From NCBI RefSeq assembly GCF_006345805.1, contig NC_043010.1, positions 35,526,001 to 35,590,000 on the forward strand: a DNA stretch of 64,000 bases, read 5' to 3'. The stretch is from Octopus sinensis (taxonomy: Eukaryota). Shown piece after piece: positions 12,161 through 25,090 of the stretch (the first letter of the stretch is position 1; every line of letters starts with the position of its first letter). The position numbers and the translations under genes were made by a program. The notes below the pieces were generated by a model. The model worked only from the letters and a program-made list of their open reading frames with translations, ran no database searches and was not told where the DNA came from.

Positions 12161-13244
12161 ATATACACATACACACACACACACACACATATATACATAC
12201 ATACAAGAGCAAAAAAGAATATAGTCGTAACTTGCTGAAGACCCAGTGTACACACAGAATGCATAGTAGCAAGCGATTGACTTGATCAAAATAAAATATT
12301 AATCTCTACTATGGTATCAATATATTTTTTTTACAACAGTCAGTACTATATATATATATACATATATATATAGATGTGTGTGTGTGAGTGAGAGAGGTTT
12401 GTGTATCATCACCATTTTTCTGTGCCAGAAAGAGTAGGATGGGCCTGGCTACTCATAATGATTAATCACTGGTACATATAACTGGAATAACCAGTCATTT
12501 TGTTCTTTTTTATTCAAATTTTATTATGAGGCTAAACTGTAAAGTTTACCTTGGATATTAAATTATGTACATTTGCATGTGTGTGTGTGTGTGTGTGTCA
12601 GATTAAAAAAATTTTAAATGTTTAAACTGCTTGTCATAGATTGGCTAGAACAAAACTGACTTGTCAAAATCCTTGGATATACTGAAGTGTCCTCCTTTGG
12701 CAGACATTTACTCAACACTTAAAACTAGACTTAATTGCTTCAGTAATGACCTGTCACCAGAATGATAGAATAGATTATCTGAATATATTGTTAACTAGAC
12801 ATTGGCTTGTCTTGTCTAATAGTTACTGTCTCTCTGTTTCTCCTCTATATATTTATTTGCACTTATACTTTGTGTGTATCCTAGATTTTAGAATAGGTAT
12901 TCATGTCAGGAAGGGTACTTGGTCATAAAACACTGACTTAGTCCTGTAAAACCCATGCCAGCATGGAAAAGTAGGCATAAAAATGACAGTGATGCACACA
13001 CATTGCCTAAGGGTGTTTGGTTTTTAATATAAAGTGTTTAAATTCTGTATTATGCACATGCATAGACAAAATTTTGTTATAATTTTAAAACTATTTTAAA
13101 CTATATCTATGTTTCGATATCATTAAATCCATATAAACACCCACACGTTTGCAATCATATATATATGTACATTTTGAATACATTCTTGTGTTGGTTTAAC
13201 CAAGTTTTATATTTTCTGTTTTTGTCTGTTTTATTTTTCTTCAG

Positions 13245-13307
13245 GACCAACTGATGCACTGGGGTCCGGGAGCAGTTGATGAGGTTCTGGCATGTCGCCA
13301 GTCATAG
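13245..13307 (+). CDS. C6orf62: C6orf62-like terminal coding exon (DQLMHWGPGAVDEVLACRQS*)
   Basis: ttcttcag acceptor, TAG stop at 13305-13307; corresponds to human EQLTHWAVGTIEDHL; followed by 3'UTR-like sequence. Confidence 0.9.
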   Translation, partial: DQLMHWGPGAVDEVLACRQS

Positions 13308-14882
13308 ACTGAAGTGTTTCATTGCCACCGTGTCTTGTCAGCACTATAAATTGGCTCCTGCTTCACATACAAAGAATAAAGAACAATTAACAACACCAAC
13401 AACAACCCCAGTTCATCTTAACCTCTCTGCTACTGTACTCCTTTCTGATCATTCAGTTGTCTCTTTTTCTCTGTGTCATCTTAATCTGATGAGATGTGCT
13501 GATTTGATATGGTGGTGTGGTGCAGTAAGGTACGGTGTATAGTGCAGTGACATAAAGAAGTACAAAAAAAGAGCAAAAACAACAATAATAACTAAAACAA
13601 CATACAAAAAAAAAAGACCATATGAAACTTTTTTCATTTCATTGGCTAAAAAAAAAATGAAAAAATGAAACAAATGAAAAAAAAAAAGACTGTTGGACTT
13701 TGAAAAAAAATGAAACACTTGAAAATTTCATTAATTTTTCTGTTTTTTTCTTGGAGTTACATGTTTATAAAAGAATTTTTTTTTCCATTTTGATTTTTCA
13801 ATTTTTTTCATTTTTAAAACTTTTTTGTTTTTTTTTTAATTTCAAAATGATTGAAGAAGGAAATGATTGAATATCAATTGGCAGTTAGATTGGTATTGTT
13901 TTGTTGTAGACCTAGTTTTCTAAACTTTTCCTATTTTATAATTATTATTACTTTTATTAGTGATTAGTATTAATAGTAATAATAACTTATTGGTGGCTTT
14001 TTGTCAACGTAAGATATTATTATTATGAGCTCTTGGTTAAATTCTATTAAAGCAATTTTACATTTACACTGCTTAATTTCCATTGAATAGATACATATGT
14101 ATAGAATATTATTTTTATTAAGGCGGTGAGCTGGCAGAATTGTTAGTGCATCAGACAAATGCTTAGTAGCATTTCTTCTGGCTGTTTATGTTCTTAGTTC
14201 AAATCCTGCCGAGGTCAACTTTGCCTTTTATCCTTTCAAGGTTGATAAAGTACCAGTTAAGTACTGGGGTTAATGTAATCGACTAATCCCCTTCCCTCTA
14301 AAATTGCTGGCCTTGTGCCCAAATCAAGAAGAATTATTATTGTTATAATTTACGACTGCTATATAGTAAAATGCCATACAGAAAGTTTCGAGTTTCAGTT
14401 TCACCACTTAAGCTGCTACTGCTCTTTGAGATTTGCATGGGTGTCACAGAGTCTCTCATTTCATTTTACTTAGAAGTTATTGAAGCCTTCTGCTTAATTA
14501 AGAAATCATTGTTAGAAGTTATATTGTGAAATTAATAATTATGAGTTAAGTATTAAGTCTTTGTCAATTGTTTTCAGAGCAATAACATTAAATGAAGATA
14601 ATCTGTATCCATCGAGATCCTTCTGCAAATATTGTCAATGAAGAATAGTTATCACACTAAGGAAGGATCATGGGTTGGCATCAGTTGCTGCTTAGATTAG
14701 TGTTAAAATCCATCCAAGGTTATCTTTAAGCATTAGTTCTCTGGAATTGTGGTATTTGTATCAGACATATGCAGGCTTACATTCAATTCTAGAACTCTCA
14801 TAGAATAGATTGATGATACATACTCACATACATTATGTATGTAATACATATGTATAGAATATATGTATATATTGTGTGTGTG

Positions 14883-14924
<42 letters not shown>

Positions 14925-14995
14925 TCTATGTGTTTATATATAAATACATGTGTATGTATGTATACTGTATACTCTCATGTATATACGTGTGTGTG

Positions 14996-15034
<39 letters not shown>

Positions 15035-15590
15035 CTATGTCTCAATAAATTTCTTGTTTAAATTCTTCAATGATTTTGAAAAACAAACTTTTTCTTCTTT
15101 CCAATATAATTTAATTTCTTTTTGTTTTGCATTGCAAACTTTTATTTACCTTTATGACCCATAATTGAACATCTTGAATAGAAAACAAAAAATGCATAAC
15201 ATAAATGAATACTTGTGAATTTTTTTTTTGTGGACATTCAGTTATTTCAATATTTATGTTTATAAATTTTTTTGGAGTCAATTAATAATTTAAAACGTTT
15301 GTTTTGTTTATATAAGACATAAACAAACCAAAACAATATATAGTTATGAAAATTTTGAGTTATTCTTCAGAAAAATAAAACCAAAGTAAATGTTTGTGCT
15401 CCAGTGCTTAGGGTACGAGCACATTCATATTTTTAAGTATAGACACTAAATCAACAAATCCTGGGCAGCCTCATTCTTTAATTGAAATAAATGATTAAAA
15501 AATTTATCACAATGAAAAGAGTAAATTCAGTGATAGTTTTTAGGAAAACGTTTACACATACACAAGCAACTCTCTCTTCAATATATCATA

Positions 15591-15625
<35 letters not shown>

Positions 15626-17337
15626 ATGTATTATTTTGTTATTGTGAAGTTCAGCAAAAATGTTTGATTCAGTGAGAGATAAATATCATTTAAATTACAT
15701 AAGATTTAAATTTGAGCTACTATTAGTTTCATGCTGTGAAAGCATGTTGGTTGGGGGGCAAGCTTGTATAGCATACTGTGTGTTTCCAAGCAATCTTTCA
15801 GACTTAAATATACAACATGGCTATTGTATACGTTGAGTCCGAAAGAATGCTTGGAAACACTTGGCATGCTATACAAGCCTGTCTAACTAACCATTGTGTT
15901 TTCTTAGCAGAATAGTAGCTCATTTAAATCTTGTGTTTATTAAATGAGATGTGTGTGTGTACACACCCATATATATAGATGCATGTATTTAAGATATGGA
16001 ATTTCATTTTACGATTGCCTTTAAAACTTAATTCTTGCTTCTTTCTCCCTTCTAACAAGCTGTTTTATTTCTCACACTCTTAATTGCTACATTTGCTCTC
16101 TCTCTCTCTCATGTACTACACACAAATACAACTTTCTAGACAGCAAATAAAAAATGTTAGTCAAACATTAAGCTAATAATTTTGCTAATGAAAGAAATGA
16201 GAGATATGTTCTCAGAATTTCCTGTTTGAGTTTGGTGTCGTTTTTATTTTGTCTCTGTTTACCCACTTTCTTTTCTCTAAAGATAAGAAGTGCCCCTTTA
16301 TATTAGAATATATATTATCAAGAATTAATTGCCTGCTTTTTTTTTTTAATTTTTATTTTTTAAAAATATATCTTAATTTGAATTAAATATAGTATTAAAT
16401 AAGGTTTCAGACTACCTGTTTATAGGTGGAGCATGTTCAAAATCTGCAAATTTTCTCTTAGTGTCTCTATTGGCGGTTGGTTTGGCACGTAATTTGACTT
16501 TGCCCCTCAGTTCATCTACTTGTCGTTTAGGGAGGGAAGGGGGGAATAAGTAATGTGCTTTTATTGGGAGGAAAAACTTAGCTGTGATACACTTGCACCC
16601 TATCCCAAGTGGTGGCGGCGGCAATGGGTGAGAGAATTTTTTTTCTTCTTTCGTTTGCCTAAAAATCATAAAAATCAGGGCTAATTAATTGCCCAGCAGC
16701 CATTAATAAACAACTGGTTTTGGACACAATATCAATACAGGTCACTACTAGTATCATCCTAACTTGCGGGTGGAAGGGGACAGGGGCCATGATTAATGCC
16801 AAGGTAACCAGAGCTAAACACACTCATCTCAGAAACACAATCATTTTTGTGATTTTTAAAAGGATTAAGTTTTTTTTTTAATTAAAATTATTTTTTTTAA
16901 CTACTGTCTGTATAGTTAAATAAAACTTCAAACATGAGAACAACAACAAAAAAAATGCTAAAAACATAACTGACTTTCTCTTTTTTTTGTTTTAATTTTT
17001 TTTAATATTGTTTTTGTTTCTTTTTCTTTTCTCTTCTCTCTGGAAGTTAAAATAGGTTTGGTCAGATTCCATCCTTAATTTTCTTCCTTGCCATAAATGA
17101 AAAAAAAAAATATATATATATAAAGGGAAAAAAAATTCTAAGGTCGTTGTAGCGTACAAAAAAAATTACAGTTTCAGATGGTGCATAACTTCTGCAAGCT
17201 GCTCTGTTTCTTTGGCACCATGAAATGCTACTTTGGAACATGACTGAGGAAGTGTACATTCAGTTATTTATCAATCTATCTATATATAGTTGAAATTTTC
17301 AAAAAAGCAAAAGATGAAGACAGGTGTATGAATAGAG

Positions 17338-17344
17338 AAATATA

Positions 17345-17401
<57 letters not shown>

Positions 17402-17448
17402 ATATATATATTTTTTTTTTTCTCTATAGCTATCTCTATCTCTTTCTT

Positions 17449-17528
<80 letters not shown>
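17338..17528. repeat. Compound microsatellite (AT)n-(T)n-(CT)n-(AT)n
   Basis: Read directly from the sequence; similar compound (GT)/(AT)/(CA) tracts at 5768-5831, 6212-6280, 12120-12200, 14878-15032, 30775-30820, 47611-47650, 58885-58927. Confidence 0.95.
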
Positions 17529-17531
<3 letters not shown>

Positions 17532-20500
17532 TGACATTTTCTGTACTGGATTGAAATACAAAGTTGAAATATTGTGTATTGCAGACTTATCCAACCCATG
17601 CCAGCATGGATAGAGTGTGGAAAATAGGCTGCAAATTCATGGTATTTTTAGTTGTAATTTCATCCTCTGTCTTCCTTGTTTTCTTTGTTTGTTTTTTTGT
17701 CCTGTCTTCGTCTTGTCTCATTAGTCTCTCATGTCTCTAACTGCCATTTCTCTCTGCTCACTTAAACTTCCTTGTTTCTCTCTCTCTCTCAAGTGGATAA
17801 TGTACTGTACTACCAGCCAGTTAGTCTTGTCTTTCATAACTAATACAGGTGAGTACATTTCATTGTACATATTGTATGTGTATGGTCTTCTATATCTCTC
17901 TGGGGTAAAACACCCCAAAATTTATGTTCTTATTTCATTATTTAATGTTTTCCTTCTTGCTGTTTTTGTTGTATGATTTTAAAAAAATGTCTTATTCATT
18001 CAGTTTGTTGACTGCTCAAATTTGTGGCCCAACAAAAATTATAATAATTATTATTACTTGCGTTAGCATCACCACAAACCTGTTTTTGCCATTTTTTGGG
18101 CAATGCCTATTGTCGTCCATGTCTTTTTATTTTATTTTATTTTCTCTGGCAGTTCTTATAATTGAGTAGAAACAAGTTATTTCTTTATAATATGAAGACA
18201 TTGGAAGAGTTGTCAACATGTTAAATATTAATTTTTAAGTATCATTTGCATATCAACAAAATTACTTTTGTGATAATTTTTCAGGCTATTAACCTCATTT
18301 TTAATAGTCTGAAGAGTCCTTATCTTCTTAAAAACTGTCAAAATTACTGCTGTGGTATTTTCAATTTTTAGTTTCAACCAAGCTATCATTTGAATAGTTT
18401 TGCATAGAAATTTCTTTTATCTGATGATGTTAAGTTTATTGCTAAGAAGATAAAAAAATATCTGAACTGATATTGCTACTAAGACTCTGTTGCTAATGAC
18501 AAAGATTTTTCAATTTGGCAGGTAATATTTTTTCTTCAGAGAAGCTTTTTAGTCTGTTGACCTGACATTTAGTGTATTACTGGTACTTTATTTACCTCAA
18601 AAGGGATATAGCTCCTGAGTGATGGAAAATATGTAGTCATGATTTTATTATTATATAGCTACATCTTGATAAGTTTTCTTAATTTCTTACAATGAAACTA
18701 AGACTCATTTGCTGGTAAATTTATATAACAAATGGCGGTGCCCCAGCATGGCCACAGCTCATAAGCTGAAACTAGAATCAATCAATCAATCAATCAACAA
18801 TATTTATGGTTTTCCCTATGATTGAACTTTTTAGTAATATTTTCTTAACATCAGACATATTTTTTAAAGGATGTCAATCCTCTTTTAATTACCAGTTGTC
18901 ATTTGTACTAACACCAACAGGTTGAAATTTAATGTCTGTTTAACCATTCAACTGGCAACTTACATTTATTGTAAAACATCTTTATTGAATGCTGTTACTA
19001 TTGGTTGCCATAAAAGATAAGATTGTGTTGTGGCATTTTAATGCACAGATGAACATAGCATGATATTTTGTTTTTTATATAGGCAATCCCTGGGTTACAA
19101 ATGAATTCCATTCTTGCATCTCTAAAGTATGGTTCTTTTGCATCCATTAATCAAATGCTTGTCTTAGTATATATTTTACCTTAACATCTTAGACATAATA
19201 ATTCAGTAATAATAATAATAATATCATAATAAATAAATGTAACTACGGTATTTGTAATCAAGAGTTTCTAGCTATAAAAACTATTTAAAATTATCTTAAA
19301 CAGTTTATATAGGGTGGGAAAAAGCTTATAGCTTTCAGAGCCTTCTCACTTAGTCCTTAAGAATTATCCCAATCATTGACCAATTATAGCTTCATACTTT
19401 TCTAATGTTTCTTGGTTTTTCATCTCTCTCAAATCACTTAATTGTTCTCACTTTTATTTCTTTAATGATTGCTTGAGTTTTCCATGATGCATCATCATTG
19501 CTTGCTGTATTTATGTGATCTGGTAGCACTGGCATAGCAATGTCTTTCCTTAACTTTAGGGACTGTTGAGAATGCTCTGTTTTGATAAATTTTAAAAAAA
19601 TAGTCCACTTGTTTTTGTTATTACCAGCCATTGTATGTAACTTGAATTTTTAATATAGCAGGTATTACAAATGTCAGATCATAATTATGTTCATAATCCA
19701 GAGACTGCCTGTATATATGTGTGTCTTATTGCAAAGTTTATATACTTTTTGAGGGGGATTGACTTAATGTTTGAAATTTTGAGTGGCTGTGATAAGTTTG
19801 CATTCAGTACTTTTGTCACAGTTAGGCATTAGACCTTAAGCTAGACTCTTTCTACTTGACTGAACACTAGTTAATTAAAAAATTGGAAAACAGAAAATCC
19901 AAACATTACTGCTTCAACCCAGTTCTCTCACATTCCATTTGTGAAGCCTATGAAAATTCTCAAAAACATTTAGATTTTTTTGTATCTCTTTGTCATGGTT
20001 TATCTCAGGTAAACTTGTTCAATCTTTCGCTGGCCTAATTTTGCCATGGAATCCTTTAAAAGTTTTTTTTTTAACCATTGTAGGTGTTGCAGGGAGATTT
20101 GAGCTTCTTGGCAATCCTTTTCAAGATCTCTTGGGAAGGATGTATTGGAGTGAGTCTTATACAGTTTACTCCAACTCCAATTGAAATACTTCAGCTTGAC
20201 TCAGTGCTGCAAGTTAGTAAGATGTGAAGCAGTTGTTTAGTATATAGTGCTCCTGCTGTTTGCATTTATTGGCTGCCTTCACTTATAGTATCTATTTGCA
20301 ACTAGGTGGCAAGCAGTCATATAACTGTAGGAACACTACTGAATACTTTATTTCCATGTTATTTATCTCAAGCCAAGTCAGCCTAGTGGCATTCCTCCCA
20401 AGGGTATATCTTGTATGTATATACATGTACACAGAAGGAAGAGACCTTGGTGCTGTTCGTTAATAAAGTATTAATTGCACTTAAGCAGTAAGTTTGCTTT

Positions 20501-23500
20501 TATGTGATGGTGCCTAGTTTCAAATAGGCAATCTGGTCCATTGACTTAAGTACCTTGGACACACACATTGCAGTGCTGGTAATAAATCACAATACATATC
20601 TTTATCCTTACTTTATTTTTTACTGATGTACTTATTAACTTGGCCATCTGTAAACCTTAACATGAAAGGCCATTTTATTGAGTAGAAATGGTTCCTTTGT
20701 GTGTGACCCTTAACTTTTAATGGTTCCAAGAGAACAGTGTTTTTTGGGTTTTTCTATGATTGACTATGGAAATATTTTGTATATTGTTGGAGAAGAATGC
20801 AATGGATTGAAGAATCATTAGAGCATTGGAAAAATACCTTGCAGTATTGACTCTGGCTCTTTAGTTTCTGAGTTCAAATCCTGCTGAGGTTAACTTAGCC
20901 TTTCATCCTTTCAGGGTTATTAAAATAAAGTACCTATCAAGTAATGGAGTTAATGTATCAACCCTTCCTCTCAAAAGTATTGGTCTTGTGCCTAAACTAG
21001 AAACCATTAGTAGAGCAGTTAGCAGAGGCAGGAGTGTTCTGTACAAAATTCCTTGTGGTATGTAATGTCCTTTGATGTTAAGATCAAATCTTGTCAGGGT
21101 TGTTTGCTTTTCATCCTTTGATTTTGATAAACTAAGTACCAGTCAAGTACTGGGCTTGAAGTCGTCATCATTGTTATGGTCTAATACTATGACATTCACT
21201 GAATTACATCATACATCTGGGAAGAATCAACAGGGTACTTGTTTATTGATGGGCTTTTTGACATTATTACTGCTACTGGTGGTGGTGTGTATCCCTCTCA
21301 CCAGTAGAATTGTGGGTGTATTGAACCCAGCACTGCAAGCATAACGAAACATTTGTCAATAAATTATTGTCCCTGTGCCTTCCCAGTGTACTTACCTAGA
21401 GATAGGTCTACTGAATTGGTGAAAGTTAAGTGTGTTTACCATATAAACTGTACAGCACCAGTGATGGGATACAAACTGGTCAACACTTAGCTCAAGCAAC
21501 TTTGCCAGCTGCAATTGTCTTTATGTGTTTATATATTCACTATATGTATATATGTGTGTGTATGCAAAAGGCATGTCAGTTATTTTGAATCACTTTTTAT
21601 TAGCTTGTATTTTCTTTTAAAGAATTATTTGGGCAGTCAGTTGGTATAAGTAGTATGGGCAAAACACATTGCAATGTTTAGTTGTGTACTTTGATATTTT
21701 GAGTTCAAATTCTGCTGAAATTGATTTTGACTCACATTTTTATGGGATCAATCAAAGAAGTAACACTTGAGTACTGGGTTAGCGTACTCTTACTGTGTGT
21801 GTTGTAGTGATTAGATATCCTTAGTATTACTTGGGCAGTGAGTTGGCTAAATCAACACCTTATTAGAAAAAATGGTGTTTAATGGTATTCACTCTTGTCT
21901 TCCTTGAGTTTAGAATTCAAATTGAGCTGGGATTGATTTTGTCTTTCATCTTTGAAATTCATAAACAAGTTTTAGTTATGCCTCTTTGCTACAAATTCAT
22001 GACTTCATGACTGAGAAAATGTTACTACAGAAGGTGGTGGATTGGCAGGAGTTGATATATTCGACTCTAACTCCAATTTCAAGCCTCTTATGTTAGAAAC
22101 AGTTATGATACTATTGTGTGGTGCTAAGATTTTGTCTAATTGATGGATTAACTGAATGACTTTCCATAATTCTGGGATGAACCATTGGGACACTGTTTGT
22201 TAATGTACCTATGATAATTCTGTCATTAGTACTAGTTTTGTTCTTCATCTTCTCTTTGGTAGAAGCACAGGTGTAGTATTGAACTTAGTACTAAAATGTA
22301 AAGGAAACATTTAGTTAATATGTAATTCCTGTTTCCTAGAGTACTTATCCAAAGGTAGGTGTTTTGTCATGTAAACAATACAGCACCAGTCATAAGATAC
22401 AGACTGTTGACTTGGCAACCGTTTGTCCAAGTCACTTGGCCAGTTCTGAGCTCAGATGCTGCCAAGGTTGACTTTGCCTGTCTTCCTTTTGGTATTGGTA
22501 AAATAAGCACCACTTGAGCATTGGTGGGCATTGATGTACTTGACTTATCCCACTCACACAAAATTTCTGGCCTTGTGCCTATAGTAGAAAGAATTATTAT
22601 GGTAGATTAGCAGGATCATTAGAGTGTTGGAGAAAATGCTCGAGGTATTTGTTCTTAGTCTTTACATTCTAGTATCAAATCTCGCCAAGGTCAAATTTGC
22701 TTTTCATCTTTTCTGAGTCAGTAAAATAAAGCACCAGTCAAGAAGTAGAGTAAATGATGTCAACTAAAATTTACTAGTACCTATATTATAAACAACTACT
22801 AATTTTATTATTGAAGGCAAAATTTGTAGATTTACTGATAAAGTAGTTTGCAGTATTTAGCTTAATCCCATTATATTCGGAGATCATAAATTCTGTCAAG
22901 GTCAACTTTGCCTTTCTTTCACCCTTCCTTGGGTTAATAAAGTAAAGTATCTGTTAAGTATTGATGTTGCTTAATAAATACTTTCCCTTTTCATATTGTA
23001 TCTTCGTGACTGTCAGAAATCATTTTTTGAAAAATAATTTTACTTCCAGATGTTATTTTTCTCAAGGACATTTTGCAGTGTCAGAAAATCCGGTGTCTTT
23101 TTTTTTGAATTTAAAAAAAAAACTTTTTTAAAATATAGGGCATTATCATAATTGAAAAGCATATTTATTATTAATATTAAAGTGATGAGCTGGCAGAATC
23201 GTTAGAACATGGGACGAAAGTCCTTGCAGTATTTGTTTTTGAACCTTTACATTCTGAGTTCAAAACCTATCAAAGTCAACTTTGCCTTTCATCCTTGCAG
23301 GGTCAATAAAAATAAGGTGCCAGTCATGTACTGGCTTTGTCCCTAAATTAGAAAGAAATTATTGTTCCTGCAAAGGATTGGTAGAATCATTAGAACAGCA
23401 GAAGGAGGTGGACTGGCAGAATTGTTAGTGTTGGGAAAAATGTCTTGGCTCTTCACTTTCTGGGTTCAAATCCTGCTGACATCAATTTTTTTTTAATCGT

Positions 23501-24282
23501 TCAGGAGGTGCTGGGCATCAATAACATGAGGCGCCAGTCATGTCTTGGGTATGATTCAATAGACTAACCCCTGTCCACCAAATTTTCTGGCCATATGCTT
23601 CTTAAAAATTACTATTGGATTTGCTTCAGCAGTAAATATACTAAGGTTATTTTTATTAATAAGACACAGTCCACTGGTAGAAGTCATACTGGACTAAAAT
23701 ACATAGAGGTATATAGTTAGGATTCTCATCAAGGTCCATTTTTTGCCTTTCATCTTTCAGTTGATGAAATATGTACCAAGTGCTGGTGTATTGGAGCATC
23801 GCTTCCATGTCACCGTTACAAATTTGTTGCCTTGTGCAAATGTAAGAAATAATTGTTTTTGTTATTTTTACTTTTGTTTTTTTCCCTTCTTCTTTAATTG
23901 ATTTTCTACTCATCTCCTCCCTCAACTTCCGCTGCCTTGTAAGGTTCAGTCTGTTCCCAAGTGGTCTTAATTATGCCATGGTAAGATATGAGTTGTAAAC
24001 CAACCTGAACTGTACAAGTTAATATAACAAAACATTCAATAAATGTTATTGAAATAACTACAACAATTTTGTTTGTTTTCTTTATCTCTCTCTCTCTCTT
24101 CACACACACATGGTGTGGGTGTGTGTTTGTGCCATCATGGCTGTTTGGTTAAAAAGTTTGCTTTGCTACCACATGGTTTTGGGTTCATTCCTACGGCAAG
24201 GCACTTGGGCTTAATGTCTTCTGCTACACCTTTGCACTAACCAAAACCTTGTGAGTAGATTTTAGACAGAAACTGAAAATAT

Positions 24283-24760
24283 AGTTTGTGTGTGGCAGAT
24301 GCACAGGTACAATAAACACAAGAAATGTACAGAAAATAGACTCCATCAAATGCCAGGAGGGATACTTACAAGTAGTTGATAGCTTCCGTTATCTTGGTGA
24401 CCAAGTCAGCTGCCAGAATAAGAATAGGCTGGGCAAAGTTCAGAGGGCTTCTGTCTTTGTTGGTAATAAAGGGCCTTTCCCTCAGAGTGAAAGGTAGATT
24501 GTATGATTCCGGTATGTGGACAGACATGCTACACAGCAGTGAAACATGGGCTGGGACTGCCAAGGATATGTGTAGGCTTGAAAGAAATAAAGCTTGTATG
24601 CTTTGCTGGATGTGTAATGCCAGTGTGCATATATGACAGTGTAAGCATCTTGAGAGAAAATTTTGGGCATAAGAGGCATCAGATACGGTGTGCAAGAGAG
24701 AACACTGTGCTGGTATGGTCATGTGATGCCTATTGACAAAGACAGCTGTGTACAATCTCT
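24283..24760 (+). mobile_element. RTE-clade LINE fragment
   Basis: LQVVDSFRYLGDQVS, ARIRIGWAKFRGLLSLL, SLRVKGRLYD, MLHSSETW, RLERNKACMLCWMCN in shifted frames. Confidence 0.85.
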
Positions 24761-24764
24761 ATGG

Positions 24765-25090
24765 AGGCAATAACAAATGATTGAGACCTTGGAGGTTTGC
24801 TGTGCTTTAAAAGACTTGTCAAGTCAAGTGAAATTGTAGTAGACGGTGCTAGCGTCTTGTAAAAGATGCCTGTGATGGTGACATGTAGAAGGCATCCATG
24901 TCGGTGATACAGAAAAGGCACCCACTACACTCTTGATGTGGTTGGCATTGCGAAGGGCATCCAGCTGTAGAAACTAAGCCAAAATTAGACTGGATCTCAG
25001 TACAGCTCTCTGGCTTACAAGTTCCAGTCAAACTGTCTAACCCATGCTAGCATGGGAAACAGATGCTAAATGATGATGATGATGATGATG
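24765..25090 (+). mobile_element. Ceph-SINE-like copy
   Basis: Core gaagggcatccagctgtagaaac and (GAT)n tail; similar copies at about 6500-6690, 26455-26687, 42640-42920, 43350-43735 and 49880-50000. Confidence 0.75.

Noticed and set aside
16412-16669. 85-aa minus-strand ORF with poly-Pro
   Set aside because: Starts in an A/T-run region and has no family similarity; the region is better explained as regulatory or UTR sequence.
17166-17207. Resemblance of AKETEQLAEVMHHL to the geminin coiled-coil end (human GMNN neighbours C6orf62)
   Set aside because: Only 4 of 14 identities, the preceding residues do not fit, and no geminin core exon was found.
19330-19690. Possible Penelope GIY-YIG remnant on the minus strand
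   Set aside because: Only vague similarity across several stops and frames; not supportable without a search.
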